64,000 bases of DNA, taken from assembly GCA_900088475.1 (NCBI GenBank), contig FLMG01003587.1, positions 33,381-97,380 of the forward strand. The letters run 5' to 3'. Source of the DNA: Hyphochytrium catenoides. Taxonomy: Eukaryota; Protista; Hyphochytriomycota. The notes under the pieces are model-generated. The model was not told where the DNA came from and searched no databases. It saw only the letters and a list, made by a program, of their open reading frames with translations. The position numbers were made by a program, and so were the translations under genes. How positions within the stretch are numbered: the first letter of the stretch is position 1; each line of letters begins with the position of its first letter. Shown here one piece after another: positions 1 to 13,800 of this stretch.

Positions 1-3000
1 GTGAAGGAAGAGGCAGAACCAAGAATAAAGCGTAGGTTTTAGGTCCAAGTATTGGGACAGTCTTGGCAACTCCAGGCACTTTACTAGAGCAGAAGCTTTC
101 AGCGGGAATCAAGTAAGAGAGGGCCTTAACAAGAACGAACCAACCAGGTCACCATGGAGCGAAAAGGACACCAAAAGTAATGCAAAAAAGAGAAGATTGG
201 CACCATCTTCTACCTTGCTTTTCGGATCCACCCGCAGATTGTCCAAGTCATGAACAGCCACTGCCGCCTGTACATTCCACGGTTCGGGTGTCTCCACCTT
301 CAGCGTCAGAAGAGGGTGCATCGGGAGACGGCGAAAGACAGCAGACGGTGCCAGCGGCGAAGATGACGGAGACCGAAAGACCAAGCGATAAAACCGCTTC
401 AACGGGAAATCTCCGTAGCCTGATCCAGGCAGCTAAGACAAAGAAGCATAGATATCGTCAGACGAGGTGAAAAAGAGTTAGTGACGAATTGCATGGGCCT
501 AAGCCCTCAAATGACTTATGACCCTAGCGAATTGTCTCAATAACACCTGGCAGGGAGAACTTGTCGATTCGATGGACGAATACGAAGTTCGAAACGAAGG
601 TTTTGTTTCGGTTAAGCCGTACCATGTAGACAGTTGTGTCCAGACCAAGCCGATCCCTTAGTAGCCGAAGGAGAGGAGTTACTCGCTGCGCAGTCTCCGA
701 AAGAGGGTCAAGTACCGCGACCACTTTCACCGGGGAAGAGGACTTGGACTCGATTTTCATCCATTTGCTGTCGGTCAGTTCCTGTGGGACAGCTACCCTC
801 GGTTTTTTGTCGGTAAAGCCGAGGACATTGCTCAGAAGCATGAGTTTGTCCGAGATCTTTCGGGCTTCGCGGGGCGAAGACGGAGCCAAGTTCAACCCAG
901 AGATCTTACTTGCAATTTCCCTAGTTCTTTCCGTACTTCTCTGTTCCTCAAGTGACGCAAGGAGGAAGAAGTCCTCTCCCCTCACCACGTTCGTCCCATC
1001 TACATGTTGCTTCCCAAATGTGCCTGCATCCTCATCTAAAAGAAGCCTTCCATTGACCATGACGTGGGCCCTCTGAGTTCCAAGAGCTAGTTGGCGGCTA
1101 AGTTTCGCACCCACAGCTATCGTCTTATCCAAGGAGGTGTTATAAGACAACAGAGTGGCCTTGACCTTATCAGCCACCTCCTTTGACAACCACTTGCCTG
1201 CCAATTGAAGAGCCATCTCCTTCTGAGCCTTCAAGGTCCCCTCTGCGGAGACATCGTCGAGAAGCGAAGCGTAGAACTGGTACACTTTCTTGTCTGAAAC
1301 ATCCCCAAGCGCTGCATTAACCGCCATGAACAGGTCCCCGAATGTGGTTTCTCTTCCATTGCTTCCCACAATTGTTTGAGATGGCACATGTAAAAAAGCG
1401 AGGCGAACCTTCGACAACACCGTGGGAACAGAGTCCTCATCTCCACAATTGGCACAAGACACGAAGTTAAGAGCTTCCTTGGCCTGCTCCTTTCCTGCCT
1501 GGGTGCTAAGATCGCTGAAGACCAGCAGGGAAATGTGCTTGGCATGGTCAAGATCCTTGCCCAAAACATGATGCCAAAACGGTATCTGCTTCTCTTCGTG
1601 GTCGCTCTCGTTCGTGAAGTGTGGCGAGAGCGAAAGATCTACCCAGCTGGCCGTTGCCTTGCTTTCCGTCAGTATCCTATGGTAGCGAGAATATGCATTC
1701 AAGTCTCCTAGGATGACTGCCTGAATATCAGACTCCTGCTTGATCTTGCCTTCCTGTATCAGGCGTCCCACTACTGCTTGCTCCTCCCTGATGAACTGTA
1801 TAAGATTGCCCTGATACTCCAAGTTCTTTGTGAGCAGACCGTTCATAAGGAAGCAGTTGGAAGGGACACTCTTGGAACTGACAAATCTTGCCATTTTCTC
1901 TGCTCGACTGGCTCCGGTTTCCTTTTGCCGTAACACTTCTAAGCCCTTCAGAGTGAGACTCTTTCGGTACTTCTTTCTTTTGGCAAGAGCGTCATACTTG
2001 CTGATAACGAAGCCCACCGTCGGTTTGCCTTCCACTGCCGAAAGAGCCAAGAGGAAGTCGTTGACGGCCTTGTTTGCACCTTGATCCACCATGTAAGAAA
2101 GAAGCCGAACAAGGTCCCAGCACGAAATAGCGCTATCTTTTTGCTCTAGATTGGAGGCTCTCTTCTCGGGACAAGAGAACAGGAGCCCGAAGCGGAACGG
2201 TAGCATTCTCTCCTGGAACATGAAGTGTGATTGAAGTGCAGTCTTGAACTCCGTTAGGGTAGGGTCAACCACAAAGATGCTGGTATACAAATTCTTCCTT
2301 ATGACACGGAGGGAGAAAGTAGGAGCGAAGAAACTCTCTACGTTTGGTGGAAGAGGCTCGTACTGGGGATCCTTCTCAACGTCATTGAGGTAGATAATAA
2401 GGTCCTCTGCTCCCTGTGTGATATCAATACGGAAGGAAGCCTCCCCGGTCTGTTCTCTTGGACTTGACTCAATAATCGTCTTCACTATACTCTGCAGATC
2501 ATCATGACGGTGCCCTCTTTGCTCCTTCATTACTTCCTCTACATCGTTAGCAGAGCCAAGCGTCCTTCTGAGCCTCGCCATATTGTCAATCTCATCTCGG
2601 ACAAGCTTGAGAACGGTGTAAGGGTTGAAGGAAGTCGTTTGCGCCTGTGCAACCTCAGCCCCATTAATAAAGAGGAGACCTTTGAACTCTTCCAGATGAA
2701 ACTTGGCCGCTTTCACCTCCTCTCTGAGATCGTCGGGTACCTTTATCTTTGAGAGACGATGAACTAAGACAGGGAAGTTCTGAGAGAGGAGTTGCAGGCG
2801 TAAAAGAGGATCATCTGCTTCCTTGACATCTGCAAGTGTTGCTAGTCCAATATCTCCTATGTCCCAGGCGTTAAGCTTATCCTCTTCTTGTTGCTCGCTT
2901 AGTGCCTCTTTAAATCTGAGAATGTCCTTTTTAAGCTCCGGCTTCCGCTTTAGAAGTTTGTCAAAGAGGAAACCGTGAATATCCTCCTCCTCTAGCAGGA

Positions 3001-4072
3001 GGCCATCCTCGTCATCTTCGTCGACTTCATGCGCTTCTTCATCTCCCTCCGCCTCGCTGTTGCCTAACTGGCTGACAGGGTCATCGATATTCTTGTACTC
3101 TAAGTTCTTGATATCCAGAGCTACGCCAAAGCCTTGAAGAAGAGTCGGGAAGCCTTCGGATGGCGGCATATGCCTGAAAATATACCGTACTTTGCCTTCG
3201 GCAGATTTCGTCTTCAACAGGTTATGGAAGGAAGCAAACGCAGGAGACCCCAGCTGGCCGTACACAATGACTGTCTTACTCTGCCTTCCTGCCGGCGAAA
3301 GGTAGATGTGGTCGAAAGAGAATATCTCAAGCGAAGAGCTGATATTCTCTGTGCTTTCATTAGAGTTCAAGAGCGGCCGCTTGGAGATAAGGCTGCCGAG
3401 TTCTGCAACGGAGCATGCTACTGACGTCGCACCTTCAACCAATGCTAGTGCTCCCGTATTCCCACAGGCATTCTCGATTTCTGAGAAGAGCTGCAGACCG
3501 ATTAACGTCAGTCCTGGAGTATTACCCCTTGCATAAGGCTCGCAGCTCTAAGCTGACCTGGTAGTAAAGCTCTACGGTAGGAGCATAAGCTCTGGTATGC
3601 AACGCCACTTCCAGCACCTGGGTCAAGGTTCCACACCTTAGACGGTAAGGTAACCAAGTGACCAAGATACCTTGGGGCAGCTGCTCATACCTTTTGCATA
3701 TCCTCGTCTAGAATCCCCGACGACATGGCAAGTGACCGCTGCACTAGCTCCTGATAGATAGCCTCGGACGACAGGGCTTCTACCTTCAAACTCAGAGGCT
3801 CGGCCACCCATCCCTCAACAAACTGCCAAAAAGCCTCTCCAGAGGCATCCGCCAGAAATTGACTGCATATGAAATACTCAGGGATAAGCTGCGCCATGAG
3901 ATAGAGCAGAAGCCACTGGAACTTACCTTGTTTCAAAAACGGGAGATAGCGCGCTGCTCTTCCAAGGCGCCTTCAGCTTCACAGTAACCTTCCTCGCTTG
4001 TCCATCAAGCAAGGAGCCAAGAATAAGGACTCCAAGGAATAAGAAGGTCCCAGCGGCAGGGAACCTCGTCAT
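1..4072 (-). CDS. UGGT: UDP-glucose:glycoprotein glucosyltransferase, multi-exon, 3' end runs off the left edge of the window
   Basis: ATG at 4072 gives a signal-peptide-like MTRFPAAGTFLFLGVLILGSLLDG followed by VTVKLKAPW, with a GT donor at 3926. The long exon (ORF 524-3442) has UGGT-type motifs: SFDHIY, VRYIFRH, LQGFGVALDIKNLEYK, QNFP, IIYLNDVEKDPQY, IRKNL, VVAVLDPLSETAQR. A later exon reads PLKRFYRLV...LLTLKVETPEPWNV...HDLDNL. The GT24 catalytic domain lies outside the window. Confidence 0.95.
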
Positions 4073-4856
4073 CCTTGTCCGTCCTCGGATAGGTGCCAAT
4101 GCACCCTTTTCCTATCTTCTCTTTACACAGATCCCCAAAGAGTGCCCAGCTCACCTGAAAGGCATCAACGCAACCCGCTTTCCTTCCTCTCTCTTTGATC
4201 CGAGCCGGTGCTCGCCCGAGGCAATAGCCTTGGACGCTAGCCTTGGACGCCACAAGAGGAAGTCCAAGCAGGCGCTGAGATTCTGGACGCCTTTATATGG
4301 AGGTTGCAGCGCCTACCAGTGGGGCGCCTTGGTCTCTCTCGTGTGCTGACCGAGTGAGTTACTGTCTGGCTACACGGATGAAGATGATAGATGATGATGA
4401 GATGCGCTGGCAAAAGTAGTGCGAAGAATGCTCCTCGAGGTATCTTTCTCGTTGCTGTGCAGAATCAGATCTGCCAATTGATTCTACCTCTTCCGGTAGT
4501 AAAAGCCTTACAAACATTAGAAAGATCTATGGGGAAATCTCTCTGTAATAGTAACTTTTTAGTTCCAGGGCCTCTATAATGCGAATACTTGTTGACTCGT
4601 GACAGACAGAAGACAGAGCTTTTCTTTTGAAGAAATCTGTGGGCGGCAGAGCATAATTTGACGATGACTCTGTCCTCCTCATCAGCTTCCCAATGGTAAG
4701 AGCCGATGACAATGGATTGATTGATTACCTGCAGCAGATAGGTCTCTGCGCCTGGTCCACACGATGCAGGCAGGTCGCTAGAGGAGTACAGATCAATTGA
4801 CAGAGGCTGATACGAATGGCGTGAGATTAGGTCTATAGGTCCCTCTCCCAGCCACG
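4073..4856. promoter_or_regulatory. Divergent (head-to-head) intergenic region between UGGT and SAC3/GANP
   Basis: Start codons at 4072 (-) and 4857 (+) point away from each other. The region contains a 13-bp tandem duplication, TAGCCTTGGACGC x2, at ~4225-4250. Promoter function is inferred from position only. Confidence 0.45.
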
Positions 4857-7800
4857 ATGTTTGGAAGCGGGCAAACTCCAAGCTTTGGTGCGCCCACATT
4901 TGGTGCCTCAAACCCGGTATCTCCTTCCCCGTTTGGGAGTGCAAATCAAGCTTCTCCATTTGCAGCATCTTCGGGGTTTGGAGGATCAGGAGGGGCTTCA
5001 GGCTTTGGAGGAGCGGGGGGTTCTGCTTCTCCATTTGGGGGAACTTCGGCGTCCTTTGGCCGAAGCGCCGTGGGTCAGCCTAGCGCAACTCAGAGCCCAT
5101 TTGGCTCTGCCGCTCAACCCGCGTTCGGAGGCCAAGCCGCCAGGCCGACGACAGGCTTTGGAACTCCTACGGCAGGAGCCACGGCGAGCCCTTTCAATTC
5201 TCCATTTGCGTCGACCACAGCGACTACTACCGGGACCTTTGGCCAGCAGTCCGGGACTCGTCAGGATGAAATGATGGACACGGGCTTGGGAGCAGGATCC
5301 ATCCAAGCTACGCAGCCGACGTTTGGCACTCCTTCTCCTTTCGGTTCCTCGGGGGGTGCGGTCTTTGGCAGAAGCGGGCTCGGTGGTGGTCCTTTTGGCT
5401 CGTCAGCTTCTCCTTCTCAGACTACTTGGGGGGCGGCGGGCCAGCAATCGGGTGGCAGTCACCTAATCCCGTCCGTAAGTACTTCCCCATTTGGAAATAT
5501 TTCTAGTGCCCCACTAGGACCTGCCAAGCAATCTAGCTTCGCTGGCACTTCCTCTGGGTTTGGTGTCCAGGGTCAGTCAGGTTTTGGAGGAGGAACAACC
5601 GCCAATACTTCGTCTCCCTTTGCCACTCCCGCCGCCCCTGGGCCGAGCCCCATGTCAACCCCAACTTGGGGTCAAGCAGCAGCTTCTCCATTCGGCTCAA
5701 ATAACACAAGTGGAAACCCCACGAACAGTCGTGCTGTACCATTTGGCTCAGGAGCATCAGGAGGCTTTAGTCTCCCTACTCCAACTCCACCAGCAGGAGG
5801 TTTCGGTGCTGGTAGCAGCAGGACTGCTCCTACAACGAGCAGTGCCTCTTTCGGAGCTTCTGTTTCTCCATTTGGGACTCCGAGTCCGTCTCCTAGCCCG
5901 TTCGGAACTACCTCCAGCTTTCCTAGTTCAGCACCGTTCGGATCTTTCTCCACAACTCAACCTGCAGCGAGTGCAGCATTCACAGGTTTTGGCCCCTCCC
6001 CGTCTTCTACCGGTGCTACAACTTCCGCAACGTCCACGTCGACTACCACTTCTGCATTTGGAGTTCCAGGCTCTGTGGGACAGCCTATTTTTAATGCTTC
6101 TTCTGCTTCTGCTTCGAATAGCCAAGGAAGCTCTTCGCCCTTCGGCGGCATTGCCGACAAGAAAGCCCTTGGCGCACCCATTTTCGGTGCCTCAAGCGCT
6201 GGTGGAGCAGTTACTAGCGCCCCTCCTGTATCATTTGGTAAACCTCCTACTTCAACCACACCTTCCAGCACTCCCTTATTTGGTTCCAGTGCGGTGGCGT
6301 CGAGCACTACTTTAAAGGACGAGACGGAATCCGCTGCTGCCTCGAACAGACCAAGAGATGCAGGTCCCAAAACCTTCGGCGGACGTGGGGCAAAAAGGGG
6401 AGGCTCTTCTATCTTTGAAAGATTAGGAGGAGGACAAGAGGAAAAGTTAGAAGAGAAAGCCGAGGAGAAGAGTTCTGAAAAGGCTCTGGTACCAGCACCA
6501 CGGGGGATGCAGAATGAGGGAGGTAAGCAGTATGGCCACGTTCGAGGCATGATACGAACATCTGCTGTGGCTGCGAAGTGCTTCTCGTTTTACTTATCTT
6601 TGTCATACTGTTTCTGAAGAACTGTTTCTGAAGAACTTTAGATATTTGCCGTGGTCGTGAGCACTAAGACATCGGGACTTGACCTTGCTGCAACCGCTCT
6701 CTCATCAGCTGCTCCCCCCACCTCTTACTCTTTCTCAGTCGATGTGGAAGACACTGCTCCTTACCTGAGTACAGGAAAGAAAGAAAGAGCGGCATGGGTG
6801 TACGTTAACCATTGCCCAGCTGAGATAAACAATAAGAAGTCAATCATGAGCATGTTCAAGCGGATAGGGCAGATAGATCAGATAATATGCAGACCAGCTA
6901 AAAATTTGGCTATTGTCAAGTTTCAAAATGAGGTAGGCTTTCGGACGAAGATCTCTATGGGCTTGGTCCCACTTCTTACTTCCGGCCATTCAGTGAAGAA
7001 AGGGTAAATCAATGGTTTGATCAGGTGACGGAGATCAGTGGTGAAAGGAAGAGGCTCACTCTCCTGAGGTTTCGTTTGAGTGGGGCAAGAGGAGATGCTA
7101 CAGTAGACAGTGGGTTCAAAGAGACTTATCGTCCGTAAAAAGCAGTGAAAAGCTCAAAGTATCTCTCCAGGCGGATGCTCAGACTGCGAAGAAAGCTGTG
7201 AGTCTAAAGGCGTATGGCGGCCGGGATGGACCTCCTAAACGTGCTCCAAAGCCCAAGGCCGCTTCCCCTTTCCCGGCGCCAGGTAGCGCTGAAGAGGAGT
7301 AGGACGTCATCTCGTGTTACTGGAAAGCATGAACTCTTACGCCCATTGAAAGGCCTAAACTCCTTATCCTATGCATGTGTGACATTTGTCGATCTGCCTC
7401 ACGCATGTCCAGAGGGCTTCATTTTGCTTTCTGACAGCTCTCCCACTTTTCCACGCTCGATGCTTCAGCAGAGTCGTCGGAACTCAGGAATCAACCACCA
7501 CTAGCCAGCTCGCAAGGGAAGCTTCTCCCCTTAAAGTCTACCACCAAGACTGCAATCTCCATTCCGGAAGGAGTTTCCATTCCGGCGGGGCTGCCGGAAG
7601 AAGATATTCCTTCATATTTGGAGGCAATAGGAGCGCAACATTCCTTCGGCACGGCTGCGCAAACGAGCGAACCCAAAGTCTTGAAAAGCGGTAAGAAACA
7701 GAAAGCCCCACGGAAAAGTGCACCATCCGGACAGACTCGGATACCGCCAGGCGTTAGCATTCCCGCTGGCTTGCCGGAAGAGGAGATTCCGGCGTACCTA

Positions 7801-10800
7801 GAAGCCATAGGCGCCCAACATGGGTTTGGTAATGAAGTCGACGATGACAAGACCACCCTTCCCTTCAAAACACTTCCCCCGAAGAAGCAGGCAGAGGTGT
7901 TTCGTGCAGGCAAAGGCAAAGGTGGAGCTGAGTCTCTTAGCAGAGCGAAGCTATCTTCATCCGGGATGTCACCCTTTTCCTCAAGCGTAAAAACGCCGAT
8001 GGCTCGACAAGAACTTGATGCTGAAGGTGCAGTGGCAGCAGCAAACCAGCTACCCTCGCCTTTAAGGTACGACATCCAGAAAGGGATCAAAGGGTTAGAG
8101 GAGGAGTAGGTTGGAAGGGAACCGGAGCCGTAAGAGATGGTGGCAGAGTAGTGGGTTGCACAGTGAGGTACAAACATCGCACAAAACTTAGACTACAGTG
8201 GGGTGATCCTCTTCGCGTAGTACCTCATGAAGACGGGGCCTCACAGTTGCTATGTAGGTCCAGCAGTATGGCTGAGGAAGATGATGAAGAAAGTGCTCTA
8301 GGACCTGACGGCGTGGGCATAGTGGGCATCTGTACAGACATGTGTCCGGCAGATGAGAGAGAGAAAAGGAGCCGCACGGAGGAGTTGAGTGCCTTTGAAA
8401 GGGTAAGTTTAATGTGTCGCAGGCTCTTATTCGGCTGATTCAGACACATTGATGTCTTGATTAGGAACATCCCTCCATCCCTCTTTCTCTCAGAGAAATG
8501 GCTATCAAACGCTTTCAGCGTTCGTCAGCTGACCATAAGCTCAACATTCCCGAACACGTCCGTCCTCCCTCAACACTAAGGCGGACTCTAAGTTACATCG
8601 AGGATCATATCATCAGTAAAGACTTGGAGGGAGCAGACCCTCGCATTGTGGTTAGGGGCCCTGATGGCAGTCTATCCAGCCGCTCGCCGACACCCGTTGA
8701 GGTAAGTGCTTGACTACATATCCTACGCTTCAGTTTGTTTTCTTTCAAGCCGCCCTTAATTGAGAAACCGAGTACTCCAGACTTAGCTTTCAGTCCCAAG
8801 TCTACCTCTATGCCTTCCTTCGATCGATTGAGCACATGATGCCCACTCTGTGCGCCAATCTAATGCAAACACGGCTGCACCCTCTTTCTCCAGGTGTATA
8901 ACTTTGTTTGGGACCGGACTAGGATGATCCGTAAGGATCTTATCCTTCAGAATTTCCGGGCTGGGGGCCGACAGGACCAGGTGGCAACGGAAGTAGTTGA
9001 GCGGATAAGCCGCTATCACATTATGATGGAGCATCAACTCTGTGAGGAAGAAACCTTTGGATCGCAGCAGAACATAGAGCAACTAGGACATGTAAGTGGA
9101 GATAGATATAACGTTGAGTTATGAATAGGACAATGGAAACTACGATAGGGACTTTAGCAATCATAGTGAACGAACAAGAGAGTAAAAAGGCATAGGTGTT
9201 GGACTGAGGGGAAAGAAACGATAACGCTTACTTCTTCGCTGTTGCAGGCTCTAAAGACGTTGAACGAGTTTTATGAGGAAGCCTACCGGCAGGGTCGGCC
9301 TGAGCTCTTTAGCGACTATGAGTCTGAATTTCGCTGCTACTACATCCTCCTGACTCTGCACAATGAGGGCGGATTGGACGTTATGAAGTATGTCAATGAT
9401 CTCAGGCCGCAGGTCTTCAAGTCTAAGGAGGTACATAGCTTAAACTCCTATCTCCGATATCTCCCGTTCATACCGCTCCCTTCTTCTTCTGCTTATGAGA
9501 CAATATCAGCTCCAAGGCTTCAGTGCATCGTGTACGATCCCGCTTTCTTAACCTTTGTCACTCCCTGACAGCTGCTCACATTTAACCTCCTAATGGTACT
9601 GCAGAACGCTTCTTTGGACTAAGTAACCCTCTGCTTCCATTCCCTTCTCCAGGTCCAGTTCGCGTTGGGAGTCTTCGCAGCTCGGAAAGTACGTAACTAT
9701 GCATCTTTCTTTAACCAGCTTCGGAGAGCTACATATTTGCAAGCATGCTTGATGCACAAATACGTGAGAGAAATGAGGGAATACGCACTGCAAGTAATGA
9801 ATAAGGCAATGAGAGAGGACTTCCCTCTCTCTGCCATGGTCTCTTTGCTTTGTTTTGAAAACGAAGAAGACGCAATTGAGACATGCGAGATGCATGGCCT
9901 GTCAGTGAACTATGAAGCACAGACGGTAGCTCTGGGGCCAAACAAGGCCAGGGGGAGGTTCATTACGATCAGGGAGATGGAGACCAAACCCAAAGCGAGG
10001 AGGATGGACCGCTGGATCGAGTCAAAGATGCAGAATTATACCAGGAGGGACATCTGTTTGGGTTTGGATCAAGAGAGAGGTAAGCACTCAATGAGTGGGC
10101 GAAAGTAATCTAGAATGCAATGGAGCGGCCCAGAGGCGCTGCGATAGTAACACCAAGTAGGAGTATGGAAGGATAGGCTATTCAAGCCGCACTATTTGCC
10201 AGCACAACCTTTAGTTGCAGACTGACCTAATTAAATTGGTACCAGATGGTGAACCGGTTGGCCCAAGCTCTGGAGATGCCACTCCTCCCTTCTCTGGCGA
10301 GCACGTGACTGTACTACCACCGCCAAGAGAGAAAGCCAACGAGTCAGACTTGGCGGTGCTTAGGGCGCAAGAAGAACTGAGGGCTGCAGAAGCTCACGCA
10401 GCGGCAGAAGCTCGAGCAGCGGCAGAAGCTGCAAGAAGACAAGAAGAAGAGGCTAAGCGGAGAATGGAGAAAGAAGCTGCGGAAGCAGCGATACGAGAAA
10501 GGGAACGCATAGAGCAGGCCCGAAGGGAAGCCGAACTTATAGCTCGGCGTAGGGCAGAGGAAGAAGCCCAAAGAAGAGAGAAAGAGGAGGAAGCCAGGCG
10601 GGTGGCGGAGGAAAAAGCCAAAAGAGAGGCTGAGATACGACGCCTACAAGAAGAGAGGGAACGCCTCCAAAGAGAAGAGATGGAACGGAAGCGACTTAAG
10701 GCAGCGGAAGATGAAAAGCGACGTCTCTTAGAGGAGGCCGAAGCCCGAAAGAAGGCTCAGGAACGGGAGGAAGAAGAAAGACGTCGCAAGGAGGAAAGTG

Positions 10801-13800
10801 AAAAGCAGAGAAGACTACAGCTCGAACACCAGCGACGCTTGGAGGAGGCTGATAGGAAGGTAAACGGTTGTTGAATATCCTCCATCTTTAGCAACGCTCA
10901 GCTAAATAGTCACCATTTCAACCACATAGGAGAGGGAACATCGACTGGCGGCGCAACGAAAGAAGCAGGAAGAAAAAGAAAGGAGAAGGAAGGAGAAAAC
11001 GAGGATTGCCGTTCAACGTTTTCGCTTTTACATCTGGAAGAAGTTTATGATATCCACTCACGAGAATAGAAGGCGACAGATTATCAGCTCGTTGAGCAGA
11101 CTCGATGAAGTGGCCGAGAGCTCCATATTGAAGAGAAAGAGGTAGGTTAGCGTCTAGGGTGCATGAGACGTAAAGACCTAAGGGCCTTTGCAAGCAGATT
11201 CTTGGGTTCATACAAGCCAGTGGTAGAAAAACGTTCACGAAGAAGAGGGAGGAGTCTTCTGGGCATGGACATGAATCAGGTAAGCATGATCCAATCCAGC
11301 ACCCGGTTTTGTCTCTCTCGCCCATAGCCGCCGTCGGGTGTTAGATCCATACGCCGTTTTTGCCACGGTCTCATCCTAAAGGTTTTTAGCTCTCGTGGCC
11401 AGTGTTGATCCATGCTCGGCTCCTTACGTCCTACTGGTTAGCGTGACTAGCAGGCTGTATCACTACCTTCCCGGTTGCTTTTGGTCTGTTTTCTCTTCCT
11501 TGTTCTTTCCACTTAAGTGCCGACGCTATGTTGGTTGCCGTTGGAGGAGGTTACCACTAGGGACTAAGGGCACCAGCACTCTGTGACAGATAACTAACGA
11601 GATGTTTTCCAGCTGTCCACTGAGTTTATTGACTTGGGGACAGCGGTGCTGCCTATCCTAGAGAGGCGAGATTCGAGCTTTATCTACTGGAAGATGGTCT
11701 TCGTTAGAACCCAAGAAACGCGCCCCCTTCCGGCTACACTGCAGGACTACCTGAATAAAGCCTTCTTCCATGAATGTGAATTTGGCGGCTCAGGTCTATT
11801 TTCATGGTGGGTGCAGAAGAACCTAGAGGAGACCGACGCAAGCAATAGCTACAGACTGGTAGCTGTACGCTCCCTCTCATCGGAGGAGGGCACTACGGAG
11901 GCGATTCAAGGCTCGTCATGTCTCTTCCTTCCTCTGGTGGTAGAACCCGGAACAGATTGGGGTAAATCAAGGGATGACTTGCGGCTCTTTCTAGATAGAG
12001 CCAAGCAGCCGCTAAAAGTACTACTTCTCGTTGTGGAGGTCGAATCTGAAATCGGGGACCAAAGCTGGATCGGGAGGCCCGAGGTAGAGGAACGCTGTCT
12101 TTTATGACATTCTCGACCATGCTTTCTAAAAGTTCAGACGGTTCCCCACCAGATGAACCAGAAGTACGAACACCTTACCGATATGTTCCAATTCTTCGAC
12201 GTGGTCGATGCAGGTGCTTCAAAGGTTAGCGTTGGCCAGTCTTCCAGAGAACAACGTTGTCCTTCGACATGTCTGTCTAAGAAGAGGCGAAGATGGAACT
12301 CTGCTGACATCCACTCTTCCCCAAAATATAAGGAGCGCGGTAGAGGATGGTGCCGCGGAAGTATCTACCTTGCAGGAAATGGACATACCAACCCCGCTCT
12401 CCTGCAGCAACTTACTTGATCTTGTAGAAGATCTGACGCATACAGCTCTCTGGGAAGACGGCGCTTGCAGGTAAACTCTTCTTTCGAGGATGGAGTTTCT
12501 CTGCAAACTAGCTGTCCTTGCTCTGCAGTCTGCACTTGCAACCTCGTCCTTGGCATTCATTGTCTCAAGCCTCTTTTTCCGCCTCCACTTGCCCCTCAGA
12601 CATACTTCTTTGTTGCCTTAACGTTTGGGATCGGGTAAACCCTAAATGCTTCTGCCCTTGCGTAGGTCGGCTGGGGAATGCGTAAGGCGGTTCAACGACG
12701 TAGTCCACAAGGTGTTGAAGCGAGCAACTCACAGCAGCCTTCGCCAAATTGCTTGGCCTCCTCCCGAAGAAGAGGTGTCGCTTATTCGTACGCTTGTCCC
12801 ACAGGAACAGGTAACCATACCCAGCAATCCAGAAAGAGATGGGCCATGGTCAAAGAACTCACCTTGCACTTTATATTAGCAATGGGAAGGGATTTTCACT
12901 CCCGATGGATGGAACTCTGAAGTTACCTTCAGCATCCTCCACGAAGCCCTCTCTGCCATGATACTCCCTTCATTTCCTTCAGGTAAGGACTCCGTGCCAT
13001 CGATTCCCTTACTTGCATGCGTTGATTCTGTCACGATCTCCGTTCCAATTCACAGTCCACATTAAGGAAGAAGGACCTCTGGGTTGGCTTAGTGCAGCTA
13101 AGGAAGCCTCTCTTTCTTATGCCAACAAAATCAGTGCCAACGAAGGACGGGCGCAACATCTGATCCGAGGTGTGAACTCGGCCTACCGCACAACTGAGGC
13201 ATGGCTCAAAGCTACTCAGCAGGTCGATGTGTCCAGTTGGTCAGGTATAGGAGACCTGTACATGTTGTCCAATCCTTTCTCTACTATTGGAACCTATCAG
13301 CATCGTGTTATTTTGCTAATCAGAGCCTTTATCTTCTCTCTACTCATTGGGGTTTCTCCACATTTCTCTTAGACACCAATAAGGACGACATCATTCCGTG
13401 GAAGAAGCTCTTCGATTTGTTCTACGCAGAGAGACTCATAGTTCTCCGCGAACACCTGCATCGCCACCACCACTCAGGCTTCATCTTCCATCGTTCTACG
13501 ACGTTCTCCTCTCTGTGGATCCCGAGCAGCCCAATGCGAAGAAACGCTGGACGACCCGAATATCGCGTAGCTCCTTTATTGTCGCTGAGGTGAGAAGTTT
13601 GTGTTATTCTCATGCTCAATGCTTTCGCTTTACCTTCAATCCAGGTCTCTCGGCAGATTCGACTCTTTCCAATAAGTCCCTCAGACCGCCTTCTGCTCTC
13701 TCCTGCAGCCCTCCACCTTCAGCTCCAGAACCTGCAAAGACTGCAGCGAGTATAGCTATTGAGCGGCTTGAGGCTCAGACAGACAGCGTGAAGATAGCAG

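Noticed and set aside
4465-5034. 189-aa minus-strand ORF overlapping the GANP start
   Set aside because: It is partly antisense to the FG exon and has no recognisable motif. An intron-like GTAATC...CACAG inside it does not yield a convincing protein.
4857-6617. Stand-alone FG nucleoporin (Nup98/Nup42-like)
   Set aside because: A GTAAGC donor at ~6522 and the downstream RRM and SAC3 exons are better explained by a single GANP gene.
6607-6637. 14-bp tandem duplication ACTGTTTCTGAAGA x2
   Set aside because: It is intronic with only two copies and no spacers, so ordinary slippage rather than CRISPR or a target-site duplication.
10215-10874. E/R/K/A-rich ORF resembling TolA or trichohyalin
   Set aside because: It is a low-complexity coiled-coil exon of the GANP gene.
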